Virus record (IMG/VR): IMGVR_UViG_3300037657_000090
Span: 1-25,445 of that record
DNA length: 25,445 nucleotides
Source of the DNA: a virus
Lineage: Duplodnaviria > Caudoviricetes
Direction: 5' to 3' (one strand)
The translations under genes were made by a program, and so were the position numbers. The notes beneath the pieces were generated by a model. That model saw nothing but the letters and a program-made list of their open reading frames with translations. It had not been told where the DNA came from and did not search any database. Each line of letters starts with the position of its first letter. The stretch's first letter is position 1. Shown here in pieces: positions 25,410 to 25,445 of this stretch.

Positions 25410-25445
25410 TTGTTTGATTACTTCTGAAATTGAACCCCTTAAAAA

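Overview
The window holds the right-hand ~25 kb of an apparently intact temperate tailed prophage. From right to left it contains: a large serine integrase whose 3' end runs through a tRNA-3'-end-like att site and terminator; a rightward lysogeny operon (XRE repressor, two membrane proteins); and a divergent early operon (Cro-like HTH, a second, Xer-like tyrosine recombinase, a dif/lox-like 29-bp site, a TOPRIM primase-helicase fusion with a downstream iteron origin, a Dam methylase, DUF5131 and many small ORFs). Further left are a stand-alone gene under a C4/P4-CI-like antisense RNA leader and a late operon (structured leader, holin, XhlA-like protein, endolysin, TerS, TerL, portal, scaffold, HK97-fold capsid, two accessory head genes). 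The window ends in a 418-codon ORF missing from the ORF track that looks like a CLec-fold DGR target, cut off where its variable region would begin. Two non-coding repeat families overlay the gene junctions: six co-oriented REP-like hairpins with covarying stems and at least 12 degenerate 7-nt-period tracts. No spanin genes and an SH3b endolysin suggest a monoderm host; Chloroflexota is a low-confidence guess. All family calls come from motif recognition by eye, not database searches.
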